64,000 nt of DNA from Octopus vulgaris (lineage: Eukaryota), in NCBI GenBank assembly GCA_951406725.2, contig OX597837.1, positions 46,624,001-46,688,000 of the forward strand. The letters are read 5' to 3'. Under the pieces are notes generated by a model. The model ran no database searches. It was not told the origin of the DNA and was given only the letters and a program-made list of their open reading frames with translations. Shown in pieces: positions 1 to 14,060 of this stretch. How positions within the stretch are numbered: position 1 is the stretch's first letter; each line of letters begins with the position of its first letter. The translations under genes were made by a program, and so were the position numbers.

Positions 1-219
1 GCACACACTTGTATCTCCACTTGTCTTTTCTTGGGTAGCAGTAACTTTTGTTCATGTCCTGCATAAACAATGTCCTGTAGCTGGAAAAACTGGATGTAAA
101 AACAATGATAACGATGAATACAATAGTAAATTGAGATAATGAGGTAGCTTCTGCATGATTACTCAGTCTGCTAGAAATAGCAGCTGAATCTTCCCGTATC
201 AAAATTGCCAACACATTAA

Positions 220-438
220 CCCTTTCATTACTGTATTTATTTTGAGATGCTGTGTTTTTTTCAATTATTTTAAATATGACAAAGAATTTAGTAAAATAAC
301 TTAGTTATCATTCAGCTAGTGTCAGTAACATAAATTGTGACTAAGGTTTGGTGGAAGATTTTAATTCAAAACTTAAGAAAATAAAACATTTGTACTACAG
401 AGCCAGAGGCGGTTTCGGCCGGGTTGGTATCAAAAGGG
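220..438. mobile_element. piggyBac-type MITE
   Basis: TTAA|CCCTTT...AAAGGG|TTAA termini with degenerate TIRs; inserted into a SINE-like repeat (about 140-620). Confidence 0.6.
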
Positions 439-1039
439 TTAAACAAGGAAGAACTCATTGGGTAATCTCGTGCTGGGTTATTTAGAGTTGCTGTCTATCT
501 GAGAGACAAGAGTTAAGCTAGTGTTAGCATAGCATGCTTAATGTTGTGAGGTGGTCTTAGCAGGACTGCTTTTTTGATCATAGGTTTGTTCAGTCATGGT
601 TTGCCTGGGGCTAAACTACCATACTAGCATTACCACCACCAATGACAACAACATTAGCAAATAGTGACATCTTAGTAACATCTGGTAATGTATGAGACTC
701 TCTAACATACGCACACATTAGCAATAATACATAATGCAATAAATGACTACACGAGTGGTTTATAGAGATAACCACACTCCCAGGTATTGGATCAGGGCTG
801 GCTTGGGGTGGATGGGGTGGAGAATGAATAACTACAACACCAGCAATAGTTACCATTTATTTGGTTTGGTCTGCTCCATTAGATATGACCTATGACCCAG
901 GGCTACAGAAACCAATAACAGTTACCGACAAGAGCATCCAAACAAACATAAAATCCATAAACCATTATTACCACATGTTACCAACATGGCTGAAACTTGC
1001 CTCCTGACCAAAGCCACCTGCTTTTCTCATAAAATAATC

Positions 1040-1190
1040 ATCTCTTTTCTCTCTCTCTCTCCCCTGCTCTCTCTCTCTCTCTCTCTCTCTCCCCTGCTCT
1101 GGAAAATCTCTCGTCTCTATCCTCTCTTGCTCTCCAACCCTTTCTCTGTCTTTGTCTCACTCTCTTTCTCTCCTCTTTTTCTCATCTCTT

Positions 1191-1234
<44 letters not shown>

Positions 1235-1430
1235 CTCTATTCTCTCTCGCTCTCCAACCCTTTCTCTGTCTTTGTCTCTCTCTCTCCCCTGCTCTGGAAA
1301 ATCTCATCTCTATTCTCTCTTGCTCTCCAACCCTTTCTCTGTCTTTATCTCGCTCTCTCTCTCTCTCCTCTTTTTCTCATCTCTTCTCTCTCTCTCTACT
1401 CTTTCCTTCTCTCTTTCTCTCTCTCTCTGT
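1040..1430. repeat. (CT)n-rich region with internal duplications
   Basis: Three copies of gctctccaaccctttctctgtcttt and two of cccctgctctggaaaatctc embedded in CT runs. Confidence 0.85.
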
Positions 1431-4145
1431 GAAACCACAATGGCCAACTGTCTATTATGATATTCTTCCAGCTTCATCTCTCTTGAGTGTTTGCTGTTGT
1501 AATGGAATCCTTTCAATCTTGCCCAATCAACCATGCAAGCTGTTCTTGCTTCAATTCACTCAAGTACCTGCTTTTTCTTGCTGTTTTTTTTTGTTTTGTT
1601 GTTGTTATCCCCCCCTCTCTCTCATTCACACACACTGGTGACCTTTTGCTGCCTGTCACTCTTCTCTCTCTCTTCCTCACCTTGTCATCACTCTACACCA
1701 CTTTCCACACTATGTCTATCTTTATAATTAGAAATATATATTTATTGTGGACTGTTCTGTTATTTGTAGAGTGAACAAAAAAAAATCCATCTCGTAAGAG
1801 ATAAATATTATTTCAAAAATACAATTTAAATGTAAACTATTACAAGTTTCCTCCTTGGATCATACAATAATGGAACAAGCTTGGTTTATGAGTACACAGC
1901 ATACTATACCAGCTCATCCAACTTTTCTATGATCCAAACATGAAACTTAAAATAGCCCCCATTTAATCCTGATGTTTTTTTTTATAAATCATATGTAGGT
2001 ATACACCAAAACATTTCATATACCAAAATGACAATATGAAAGTACAAGCTGAGATTTATTGGTCACTACTTATGTAACAGGGAGGAGCTGGTGGCTGAAA
2101 TTCTTCTGTGACAACTTTCTTAGGGGAAATGGTAGATTACCAGAACAAAAAAAAAAAACCCTCTTCAAACGACAAAGAACATCCATTTCTAATATACAGC
2201 TGAAATGAAAATTGTCCAACTCAGGGCTATGTGGAAAAAGCAGATGGAAAAAAAAACTGATGTGGATGATGATAATAATGATCTCTATAAATAACTTTGC
2301 ACAGTTTTCAAAAAATATTCTTCCTAACCTTATGTCATATCATACCCTCTACCACACTTATTTTCGGTTATCTTGTTTTGCATAATAGTGTATGTGTGTG
2401 TGTGTGTGTGTACGTGTACACACACACACCACCACCACTAGTTTCCACATGTGATATTTGCTGTCATTCACACTTACCATTTTATTTCTGTCTTGAACAA
2501 GATTATGATATTCCTTCTTTCTATAAATTCTCTTTGAGTGAATGGCACCAAACATTTTTTTTCTTCTCTTTTGTCCTGCTTCAAAGTCTTACTATTCTAA
2601 TTTCAAATCTTTCCTAGCCTCTGGCTTTACCATTTTCCAACCATTCCAGCTGTAGGAGATACTCAGTTGGTGAAATAAGAATTAGAAATATACTAGAATA
2701 TGATTTATTTTGACTCTATTCATATATATAAACACACACACACACACACACACACGTTTCCTCTATCATTCTTATATTTTATTTCTTTTCTCTCTCCACC
2801 CCAATTCACATCTCTTAGTCTTCCTACCATTGTAACTATTCCTGCCTCCATGTTCCACATTCTTGCTATTTCAATCACCAGTTTAATTTTAGCTCTGATC
2901 CTGTTTCCTTTGGTTTAAATAAATTTCTATTATTATTCCTTTTGAAAACTAGTTTAATTATTCTCCTTATTTGGCAATTGGTTCAAAATCTTTCAAAAAA
3001 AAAAAATGATTATTCAAATTGTTACCAAACATAATTTTATGTTTTGTTTTTTTCTTCGCTGTAGATTTTGCTATTCTCTATCTTCCCCTCTCTCTCTCCC
3101 TCTCTCTCTCTCTGATTTTGCATACACACACACACACACACACACACGTGCATGTATGCGTGCGCCCCCACACACAGCAGGGAAAACAGATGTTAAATGA
3201 CAGCAACAACAGACACACATACATTGTCTGACAACGGCTGAGTTGCTCAAAACTTCAAAATCACTTCCAACATTATTTCTTACATAAGAACTAAGTCTGT
3301 ACTCTGCAAAAGTACAGAGTAACCCATCAGCTGGCAGACTCATTAGCACACCAGGTGAAATGCTTAGCAGTATTTCTTCTGCCACTACATTCTGGGTTCA
3401 AATTCCGCCAAGGTCAGCTTTGCCTTTCATCCTATCAGGGTCGATTAAATAAATGCCAGTTATGAGTGAGGTTATGCAGTTATGAGCTTGTTCCTTATAG
3501 GTAGGAGAGAGGTACCTTCCTGAGGTGCCCTTGGCAGTCAGGATGATCCAGGATCATTGGGGTTCCTTGGTTTCCCTTAGGTGATACTCTTCCACTTTGT
3601 TGCTGACTTTTGACATCAAATTTGTTGTTAATTGTTATTGTTTAATTTTCCATTGTTCTTTGTATTCTCCCAAATGTTTTTTCTTTTTAAAGTTTTTGCA
3701 GCCAATAAAAAATTATTATTGTCATTGTTATAATTATTGGTTTCAGATTTTGGCCAAAGACTGGCAATTGTGTGGGAGAGGGTACAAGTTGATTACATCA
3801 ACACCAATGCTCAACTGGTACTTATTTTATCAACCCCAGGAGGATGAAAGGCAAAGTCAACTCCAGTAGCATTTGAACTCAGAAAATAAAGTCAGAAGAA
3901 ATGCTGCCAAGCAATTTTCCCAGCACGGTAATAGTTCTGCCAGCTTGCTGTCCTTACCATTGCCAGAATTATTAAGAGTAGCTTTTCATCTGTTTTTGAC
4001 ATTCTGAGTTCAAATTCTGCCAAGGCTCACTTTGCCTTTCATCCTTTCAGGGTCAATAAAATAAGTACCAGTTAAGCACTGAGGTTCAGTGCCATTAAGT
4101 TAACCCCTTCTCCAAAATTTTTGGCCTCATGCCAAAATTTGAAGC

Positions 4146-4197
<52 letters not shown>

Positions 4198-4332
4198 TCT
4201 TCATCCTTTTTGGGTTGATAAATTAAGTACCAGTGAAACACTGGGGTTGATGTAATCAACTAGTCCCCTTTCCCAAAATGTTAGGCCTTGTGCCTTTAGT
4301 AGAAATGATTATTGTTATTATTATTATTATTA

Positions 4333-4362
4333 TGTTGTTTTTTTCTTTTTTTCCAGGTGAGT
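4333..4362 (+). promoter_or_regulatory. Recursive splice site RS1 (zero-length exon / ratchet point)
   Basis: tgttgtttttttctttttttccAG|GTGAGT: a long pyrimidine tract with the acceptor directly abutting a consensus donor, on the gene strand. A cryptic donor GTAAGT lies at 4444. Confidence 0.7.
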
Positions 4363-4959
4363 GAAATATTATTTTACCATATTTTAAAATAAAATATGAT
4401 CTAAGTGAGGAGGGTCTTTCTTACATCACTGAAAGATGGTACTGTAAGTATGGTTATATTTTCTTTATAAGTTCTCTGATAAATGGCATCACATCCTGTA
4501 CCAATTATTCTTTAGCAAACAACAAATGAGGAATCAGGAATGCAAGATTTGAACACTTGCAAAAACATACACAAAACAATTCTGTGGAATTAAAGAAAAT
4601 CACAAGTTATTTCTGCAACTTGTTGGTGTGCAATGTAAGCTGTATATAAACGAGTATGTGTATGTGTGCATGTATGCATACTTGTATATGTACATATTTG
4701 AATGTGTAGGGGGTAGAAATATGCATTTGTATTCAAGTATTCCATAAATAAGCAAGCATTTAAACAGGAATATATTGTCACGAGTGTCTTACCTCTGGGA
4801 TATCTTAGGTGTACGTGTGTATATACATGTGTGTGTGTGTGTGTGTGTGTTGTGTATGTGCTTGCATGTGTGTATGCATATATTTATATGTATATGCTAG
4901 TGTGTGTGTCTGTGTGTATTTTTCTTTTCTTTTGTGTTTCATTCATTAAACTGCAGCCC

Positions 4960-5165
4960 ATGGTGATCATATCTCACCACCTCATCCCATGTCCTCCTGG
5001 GTCTACCTCTTCTACAGGTTCCCTTCACAATTAGACATTGGCACTTCTTTATGTAGCTCTCCTCATCCATACCCATCGCATGACCATACCCGCATAGTCT
5101 CTCCTATTGCACACAATATCTGATGCCTCTGTTGCACATGCACACTGACATTGCATGCAATCAAC
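4960..5165 (-). mobile_element. RTE LINE ORF C-terminal fragment
   Basis: Minus strand reads RGIRYCVQ*ERLCGYGHAMGMDEESYIKKCQCLIVKGTCRRGRPRRTWDEVV, the RTE-type C-terminus. Confidence 0.75.
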
Positions 5166-5228
5166 AAATAAAGTGTGTAAACATACATGAATATGTGTGT
5201 CTGTGTGTCCCCCTTCTCCACTGATACT

Positions 5229-5459
5229 TATTTCTTTATTGCCCACAAGGGGCTAAACATAGAGGGGACAAACAAGGACAGACAAAGGGATTAAGTCGAT
5301 TACATCGACCCCAGTGCGTAACTGGTACTTAATTTATTGACCCCGACAGGATGAAAGGCAAAGTCAACCTCGGTGGAATTTGAACTCAGAACGTAACAGC
5401 AGACGAAATACCGCTAAGCATTTTGCCCGGTGCTAACGATTCTGCCAGTTCGCTGCCTT
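5229..5459 (-). mobile_element. tRNA-derived SINE family A (Nin/Deu-domain-like), near full length
   Basis: A/B-box head followed by the gcctttcatcct..ggggtc.ataaattaagtaccag core. Other copies at about 3320-3465(+), 3735-3955(-), 3990-4150(+), 8150-8360(+), 25087-25300(+), 40185-40420(+), 53810-54015(+). Confidence 0.85.
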
Positions 5460-5547
5460 TACTGATACTACCACCCCCACCACCCCCTTCATTGTCATTG
5501 AGCCAATGAGCAAATAATCAGTGTTGCTCTGTTTTCCCATACTAAGT

Positions 5548-5905
5548 GTAGGCGTGGCTGTGTGCTAAGAAGTTTGCTTTCCAGCCATATAGTTCTGGGT
5601 TCAGTCCCACTGCATGGCATCTTGGGCAGGTATCATCTACTATAGTCTCAGGCCTAACAAAGCTTTGTGAGTTGATTTGATGGATGGAAACTGAAAGAAG
5701 CCCATCATGTGTGTGTGTTCCTTACCATTGCTTGACAATCAGTGTTGGTGTATTTATGTGCCTGTAACTTTGCAGTTTGGCAAAAGAGATCAATAGAATA
5801 AGTACCAGACTTTACAAGTGCTGGAGTTGAATCATTCAACTAGACTTCTTCAAGGTGGTGCCCCAGCATGGCACCAGTCTAATGATTGAAACAAGATAAA
5901 AGAAA
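5548..5905 (+). mobile_element. tRNA/CORE-like bipartite SINE family B
   Basis: ggcgtggctgtgtg.taagaag head, cttgggcaag core, internal (TG)n hinge, tail gcttgacaa...gaaacaag.taaaag. Other copies at about 8510-8840(-), 9537-9855, 22760-23095, 29990-30215(-), 33160-33500, 55595-55930. Confidence 0.85.
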
Positions 5906-7837
5906 AGATTAGTGTGGGTAGGATATGTTTACCAGCCCTCATCCTTGCTCTCACACATTTCTATTTTGTGGCATCTCTTGTATGACACCTCATGTTTTGT
6001 TAGGTTTTCGTTTCTCAAGAATTTCCTTAATCTGACTTTTCCTCTGAGCAGAAACAAACTCCCGGTCACTCTCTTATCAACGTGGCATCCTCTGTTTACG
6101 TAACAAACTCAGTGAAACTAGATTAGTCATTTCTATTATGTAATCTGTTGATAGTTCTCGTCTCCTATTTTGCCCAGTTGCTCGTTAAAAAATGTATAAT
6201 TAATCTGTTAAGTGTGTGTGTGTGTTTCTGCTTGTTAACGTGTGCTCATATCTTTTCATTTCTACCCCTCACGTGAAAATTGATATTAAGCTAAACAGAA
6301 GCAAGATTCTGTTTATTTGTGCATGTAAATATGTGCGCCTGTATGCATATGCTTGCACATAAATATGCATTTGTGCACATGTATTCACACAAATGTGCTT
6401 ATGTGCACATACATAAACATGTGAGGCATATACATGGGTGTGTATATGTGGGCATACATGTACATGAACGTATTTATATGTGTGTATACACTTACACATG
6501 AACAGGCAAATGTGTGTATATATACACAAAAGTAGGCATGTGTTTGTATGCATACACATAAATAAGTGTATGTCACTTACTTGTTTCAATCATATGGCTG
6601 TGGCCATGCTGGGGCATTACCTTGAAGGATTTTTAGCCGAACAAACCCATCTCAAGACTTATGTGGCAAATGGACATTAAATGATGATAATAATAATGGG
6701 GCCAGCTACTCACTCCAGTTTTTTTTTTCTTCCCCCACCCCTAGCGCCAGCTCCACCATCACTGTGTTTCTTTTTGGCCTGTACTGAATGGGTTTGCAAT
6801 ACAATAAATTGTAATTCTGTATGGTGTCAATTGTAAGGTTTTAGATCTGACATTGCGTCGGTTTCATGTATCATCCCTGATTTGCCATGAGTAGTTCCTT
6901 CTGCAGGCAACTCTAAGCACCATATCAACCATTGCTGTTTTGCTCCTTCTCAACTCTGATCAAGCAACACCATTCAAGCTATGTGGAGTGTCCCATTTTG
7001 CAGCAGAGTGCCCAGGACTATATTATACAATATGTTCTTTCGTTATCTAAGATAGTACAATGTAATTTGAGGAAGATTTGGTTCTATTTCTAGCAGGTTT
7101 AATGACTGGGTAGAATCTCCCACATTGGCTCTGGTTGAGCGACCTCACAAAAGCTTCCCCATTGGCTCAGGTTGGGTGACTGCATAGAAATGGCTGCTTT
7201 CTACAAAGCAATACATGTCTACACCAGCACATCCTCATCTGCAATGCACACAGCTTTCCACTTATAATATTCTGGCATTTTCTCATCTCACACGTATGTA
7301 ATCCTGATTTCACAGTGAGACTAAATACTTATAGATAGGTGTCAGCATACACACACACACATACACTCAACCATGAGAGCAAGTTAAATTGTACTCCCTA
7401 CAGCTAAGACACTCCTCTAATTTCCTTCTAACTTATGTCTACCTCTGCACTCTCCTTGTGGCTTTCTTCTTCTGCAAAATCACACTTCTTACACATATTC
7501 TCCACACCTACAGCCTCACGAAACACCTCTGATTTCTCTATAAGCTCTGTCAATTTCACATTCACTGCCCTGCCATGCAAAATTACACACTTCTCTTACC
7601 TACACACGCATACACACTGTACATTCAGCTAACACACACACACACCTCTTAAGTCTCTCTAACTGCTACAAATCTTCTCACGTTCACTGAGCGGATCACA
7701 AAGATACACATCACACTTCTTACGTTTGGCTCTTATTCCATTTCATTATTATTTTTTCTTTTCAATATTATATTATCTCTTGAGGGTGTCTGTTTATTTA
7801 TTAGCTCAGTGTGCAAAGAAAGCACTGATGTAAGGTG

Positions 7838-7876
7838 TTCCTTTTTTTTCGTTTTGTCTTTAAATTACAGGTAAAA
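7838..7876 (+). promoter_or_regulatory. Recursive splice site RS2
   Basis: ttccttttttttcgttttgtctttaaattacAG|GTAAAA. Strong acceptor, weaker donor than RS1 and RS3. Confidence 0.55.
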
Positions 7877-10800
7877 CATTGATTTTCCACAACGTTTGAT
7901 TCCAAAGCCTATCAATTACTGACTTTCTTCTCAAGAGGTGGTCACCTTGATCAACGCAAACTATATTAAGCAAATATTAAATTTACTTAAACAATAGGTG
8001 CAATCATGGCTGTATGGTAAGGAGCTTCCTTCACAATCACATGGTTCTGGGTTCAGTCCCATTGCGTGGCATCTTGGCCAGGGGGTGGGGGACGAACAAA
8101 GCCTTGTGAGCAAATTTGGTAGATGGAAGATTAAAGAAAGCCCCTCGTGTGGCTTTCATCCTTTTGGGGTCAATAAATTAAGTACCAGTGAAACACTGGG
8201 GTCAATGTAATCGACTTGTCCCCTCCCCCAAAACTGCTGCCCTTCTGGCAAAATTTGAAGCCATTCTTATTATTAAGGCAACAAGCCAGCAGAATCGTTA
8301 GTGTGCCTGATGAAATGCTGAGTGGCATTTCGTTTGTCACCAAATTCTGAGTTCACATTCCACACACATTGCCAGAAGGGAAAGTAGGTATGATGGTTAC
8401 TTACACAGTAGGATAGATACATAGGTAGGCAGCTAAGTTTGTAGGTGAGTCTACAGGTATATCAATAGTTATGCAAATGGGTGGAGAGTGAAAAGTGTAA
8501 GGTTTTAACTGAGCAAATCACACCCAAGACTCATTTGCAAGCCTAGCTCTTATTCTATCAGTCTCTTTTGCCCAACCGCTAAGTTACTGGGATGCAAACA
8601 CACCAACACCGGTTGTCAAGTGGTAGTGGAGGTCGAACAGACACAAAGACACACACACATATATATTCACACACACACATATATATATATATATGACAGG
8701 CTTCTTTCAGTTTCCATCTACCAAATCCACTCATAAAGCCTTAGTTGGCCCGAGGCCATAGTAGAAGACACTTGCCGAAGGTGCCATGCAGTGGGACTGA
8801 ACTCGGAACCATATGGTTGGGAAGCAAGTTTTTTACCAATACACACACACACATACACCTAAGTAATTCACACTTCAATGGAATCAATCTATATCGTAAA
8901 TCAACATAAGATATTAGTCATAATTGCTGTCAGTAAAGCCAAAATCTTTGTGTCATGGATGACTGCATAGAATTTGAAGTTTTTTGTTATTCGCTTATTC
9001 CTTTAGTCCCCCCACCCCCTCAGTTTGAACCTTTGACCATTCTGACAGAAAATATCAAAAAGAAAGAGAAAAAAAGCAAGTCTTTTATTCGCCCCCCCCC
9101 CATCAGGTCCATTTTCTGATTCTGAATTAATTATTCATAGCTGAGTGCATTAATATATTCAATGTGTTTTGTTTGATTAGTAATTATGTTTAATGTGTGG
9201 GTTGTGTGGTTGCATTGTGTGTTTTGGTATCCTGTGCTGATTGACTGGACCAGTGGTCCTCAACTGGGGTCTGTCTAAGATTTTTGCCTGTTAAAATTTA
9301 TGTGCAATAAATTAAGTTCTACTTCTAGAAAGCACAAAATATTTTAACAAGTTTTGTTTCCAGTCCCTAATAATATTTAACTATTAAAAATATAATAGGA
9401 TTTTTTTTAAAACGTCAACTGGCCATAGGGGTCAAGTAGAATAAAATAGGGGTCAGAGAGAGGTCCATAAGTAAAAAGGGATTGGGAAACACTGGTGGAT
9501 TGTGTGAGATATGTTAAATTATTTGGTCGTTAGTACTGGCATTGCTGTATGGTTAAGAAGATCACTTTGTAAACACGGGGTTTTGGTTTCAGCCCCACCG
9601 TGCAGCACCTTGGGGCAACTGTCTTGTACTATAGCCTCAGACTGACCCCAGCCTTGTGAGTGGCTTTGGGTGATCAAAACCGAAAATAGTTCTTTATGTC
9701 TGTCTGTGTTCACGACTGCTTGACAACTGGTGTTGATTTGTTTATGTCCCCATAACTTTGCAGTTCGTCAAAAGAGACTAATAAGTACAAGACTTAACCC
9801 TTCAAGGTGGTGCCCCAGCATGGCCGCAGTCCAATGACTGAAACAAACAAAAGAAAAGGTGAAAGTAGCTGTATAGGGAACGTGCTGTGACAGTTATGTT
9901 TCTACAATCATGGTCGTCCCTCTGTGTGTAGGGTCTCAGTATGACAGTCTTGTCTCACTCACTCACTCAAATGCTATTTTCTTTTCTGGATGTTCCCTAG
10001 GCTGGGCCTTCTCCCTTTTTTGCCTATGCCCTTTAGTGGCTTGCTGGTTCCATCCTGTAGCCCTCACTCATCTCTGCTATTGCTTCTCATACTAACCCAC
10101 TCTTGGCCCCTCTTGTACAACACTAAAGTGATCTAAAGATCTTTCATGTTAATCTATGTTCTAAACACGAGCTTAATAACGAGAAAGTTATTTCATTAAA
10201 TTCTTTATTATTTTCAAAATTAATTCTAACAGAAGAAATGTATTTCAAAAGAAATATTCTAACAAAAGGATTAATCCTGTGATTCTTTCCCAGGATATTG
10301 GCATTTTGGAATTTCCTCTCCTGTTTTAACGGTTTGAGGCCACGATTCCTTGACAGGTTGTTTTGTCTGGAAATCCTTTCTCAGACTGTTGCAGCTGCAG
10401 TTACTTACAGATTAGCTTTCGGACTCAACCTCAAACATTCGTTAATTATCTCATTTGTCAAATTGAACATTATTGCAAACATCAAAAACGAAGTTTTCTC
10501 TTCTTTTTCCTTTCTCCTTTTTTTCTTTATTTATGAGATTTTGATTTACGTCTTTTTATTTTATTTATATCCACACTGATATGTATATTTTTTTTTTGTT
10601 TCTGCCGTTGTTCCTTATAAGAAAATATAGTTAAAATAAATCAATCTTTTTTTTTTTTTTAATTTTTTAAAACTCTTTTTGTTTTTCACTCAGCTGGAAA
10701 CAAATGTTTGGCTTGAAACACCTCCCCCCCCCCCACTCCCCTCTCTCCTGTTTGAAATTCTGTTTAAGCTGTGTTTCATATACTTGTGTTTCGATCTCTG

Positions 10801-10926
10801 AGTATTATCTTTAAACAAAATGGCAACAGTATATGTCAGATCATAAATTTTCTAAACATATATTTAAAAAATCAATATAGGCATTTATACACACGCACGG
10901 ACACACACACACTCACACACATACAT

Positions 10927-11720
10927 ACACAGGATGCAATGGGTAAATTGTCGCCATTTTATAAATTTAGCTTTGCATTTGTGCATTGTTTGTTTTTAAT
11001 TTTGTTGACTACATAGTATAGTAGGGTCAGTTGGGCACTGTCTGTGAGTAAGACAGCACCATGATGCAATTTGCTCTGCCAGAAATTTGGAAACGACATG
11101 CTGCACTGCTTAGCATTCACGCCAGAAGCTTCAATATGAACATTTCAGAGTGTTTGGGTGTCAATCTGAGGACAGTGCAATCGGAGAGTAATAAAAATCA
11201 AACATCCAGTCAACATCATGGTGTTTGGAGTGACCACTTGTGATGGTAGTGTTATGCTTCCATTCATCTTCTCACGTGGCCTCAGACTCAACACGGAGGC
11301 CTACATCAAGTGCCTGGAGGAGGCAGTACTGCCCTGGGTCAAGAGGGTGGCTGCTGGAAAACCCTATGTCTGACAATAGGACTCTGCACCATGTCACACA
11401 AGCAGGAGAACCCAGTCATGGCTGTCAAACAATTTCTGCAACCACATCACCCATAACATCAGGCTAACTAACTCCCCAGACTGCAACCCCCTTGATTATT
11501 ATGTGAGGGGTGCAGTTGAGTGAGAGACCAACAAATCTCCTTGTAACACCAAAGATGAAGTGAAGGCAATGATTATGGCAGCATTCACCAACTTAAACAA
11601 AGAGACTATCCAGAAGAATTGCAGGAGATTCTGAAGCCATCAGGAAGTCATGGTTGAAGCCAATGGCAATTTTATTGAATAAATTTACTCTTTAGTATTT
11701 CAAGATATTTTCATGTAATT
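10927..11720 (+). mobile_element. Decayed, internally deleted maT (DD37D) Tc1/mariner transposon
   Basis: HTH-like N-terminus from 11061; 11221-11682 reads VFGVTTCDG...PYV*Q*DSAPCH...NSPDCNPLDYY...NGNFIE*. There are 37 residues between the last two catalytic D, and several stops. Confidence 0.85.
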
Positions 11721-11869
11721 TTGGTATATCTGTTAAAATGAGATGTCAGTGATATTTTCCACCCATTTTCAACACTACCTCTGAAAATGAGGAAGCCCAA
11801 ACTTTTTGTTTTTACCAAAATTTAAATCATTGGGCTACATTTGTGCCATGTCTCCAAGTCAAAGGAACT

Positions 11870-12070
11870 TGACCATAAATCCTTTTTCACATAATCATCA
11901 AACTTATGGAGGAATTTAAGTTTTTCCATAATTTTCTTCAATTTTATTCATGGGACCAAAAATGTAGCCCATGGTCCCAAATTCCTTTCCCACATAATCA
12001 TTAAACTTATGGAAGAATTCAGGTTTTTTCATAATTTTTTCGATTTTATTCACATGGCCAAAAATATGCT
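11870..12070. repeat. Two diverged tandem copies of a unit of about 100 bp
   Basis: cacataatcat.aaacttatgga.gaatt.a.gttttt.cataatttt occurs twice, about 103 bp apart. Confidence 0.75.
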
Positions 12071-13772
12071 TTTCACCCCTCCCCATCTCTACTGTCATCA
12101 TGGTCCATGGACAGGACACAAGTTTATGCAAATCCTAATCCTGAGTTTAAGGAACTAAGTTTGAGCATAATTGGTCAGCTGTAGTAGACAAACAGACTCA
12201 CAAACAGACATACAAGCAAAACCAATTTTATATAATGTAATATTGACAAATAACTCGTTAAAAATGAGGTTCTGATGACTTGGAGAGTCCCTATTTCAGC
12301 TAAATTTGGTCTTGTACAAATATAATAGCACAGTCTGGTCTACACAGAATTTGTTGTCAGATTATATAAATTTATGTCAGTATTTTTTAATATAAACCAT
12401 CTGGTAGTATAGATTTGACAACAGGATGTGTGCGTATAATCTGTCAAGAGGTTGATCCCCAAATGGTATGCAGTTGTATGGCATACCAGTTTATGACAGA
12501 AGAGAGAAGCAGGCAATGCTGTTGACCCACACATTTTCTTTACTTCCTCTAATTAGAGATTACAGGGGTTGGAAGGATTTAAGATAAACCAAGCTGGCTT
12601 TTAAATTGTTTCCTTTTCTCTTTTTGTACTTCCAAGTCTGTTTAAAGATTTTTAAATGGTGTCTCCTTCTTGGATCTTGTGTTTTTATAAATAAAATAGG
12701 TACTCTTAGATGTGAATTGTTAGAGTGGTTAGAATTTAGTACAGGTTTCTTTGCAGTCTGAGTTCAAATCCTACCAAGGTGAGCTTTACCTTTCATCGTT
12801 TCGTATTGATAAAATATCACTTCAGGGCAGTGAATTGGTTGACTGATAAAATCATTGGACAAGATTCCTTGTCGCATTTGTTCCAGCTCTTTGCATCTTG
12901 AGATCTGGTCTTTAGACACCCGTAGCAGGCGTCACTCCATTGCAAGTCTTTGAGGATATCTTGCTTCTTTCCTTCTGCCAGTTTCGGCATCATGGGTGCT
13001 GGTTTTCCCTCTTTGATCAAACTGTATAAATAAAAAAGAAAGTAGTAATGTCATTTCTGTTACTATAACAGTCCTAAGTTTAATTTACCTGTTTCTATCC
13101 AGGTGGAATCAGATTTCTCACAATAACCTACTTAATGCCCTATAAACTCAGGAACTCTCTGTATAAACTTGGGTCATCCTCTTTATTTAAATGTCCTCAT
13201 TTCCATGTGTGTATGGGTTAGCCAGAATTCATTGAGGTAGATTTTCTGTGACCAGATGCCCCCACCTGTCACCAACCCTCACCTGTTTCCAAACAAAGTA
13301 ATATTTCTCTGTGGCCAGAAATGTTTTCACGGGAATGAAGAACCTTGCCTGTATGACATACCTTCATGTCCATTCACGACCATCTGATGATACACAAGAG
13401 TATACACATTGGATGATGCATACACACATGCACATATACACTTGCATATATACATATGACGGGCTTCTTTTAGTTTCTGTCTATTAAATCCATCCCCAAG
13501 GCTTTTGTTGGTCTGGAGCTTTTGTAAAAGACATTTTTTCCAAAGTGTGACACAGTGGGACTGAACTAAAGACCACATGGTTTTATACATACATACATAC
13601 ATATATATTTAACTTAACATTGATGTATCATTAGAGTGCTGAATGCTGCATTATTTACCTTGAGAGGATCTGCCATGGAGGCATGGTGCATAAAAGCAAA
13701 CCACCAATATAAAGATTGCCTTTTGATAGCAATGCTCCTTGTGTTGCTAATAATTATATATATATATATATA

Positions 13773-14060
13773 CCATCATTTAATGTCCATTGTCCATGCT
13801 GGCATGGGTTGGACAGTTTGACCACGGCTGGTAAGCTGGAAGGTATGGTTTTTTTATAGTTAAATGCCCTTCCAAATGCCAAACACTCCGAGAGTGTAAT
13901 GGGTGCTTTTACATGCCACTGGCATGGGTGCTATTTGCATGACACTGGTATCTGCCATGACTGCGATTTTACTTGGCTTGATGGGCCTTCTTCTCATGCA
14001 CAACATAATGCCAAAGGTCTTGGTCATTGGCTCTGTGAGGCCCAATGCTCGAAAGGAACT
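13773..14060 (-). mobile_element. RTE LINE 3' end
   Basis: Minus strand SFRALGLTEPMTK followed by the 3' UTR ending aacccatgc.agcatgga...ttaaatgatg. Confidence 0.7.

Noticed and set aside
12817-13020. Minus-strand 67-aa ORF with higher GC
   Set aside because: No recognisable motif or splice signals; probably an unidentifiable retroelement relic.
13090-13110. tttctatccAG|GTGGAA (and atatacAG|GTAAAG near 23360) as additional recursive sites
   Set aside because: Poor donor in the first case, poor pyrimidine tract in the second.
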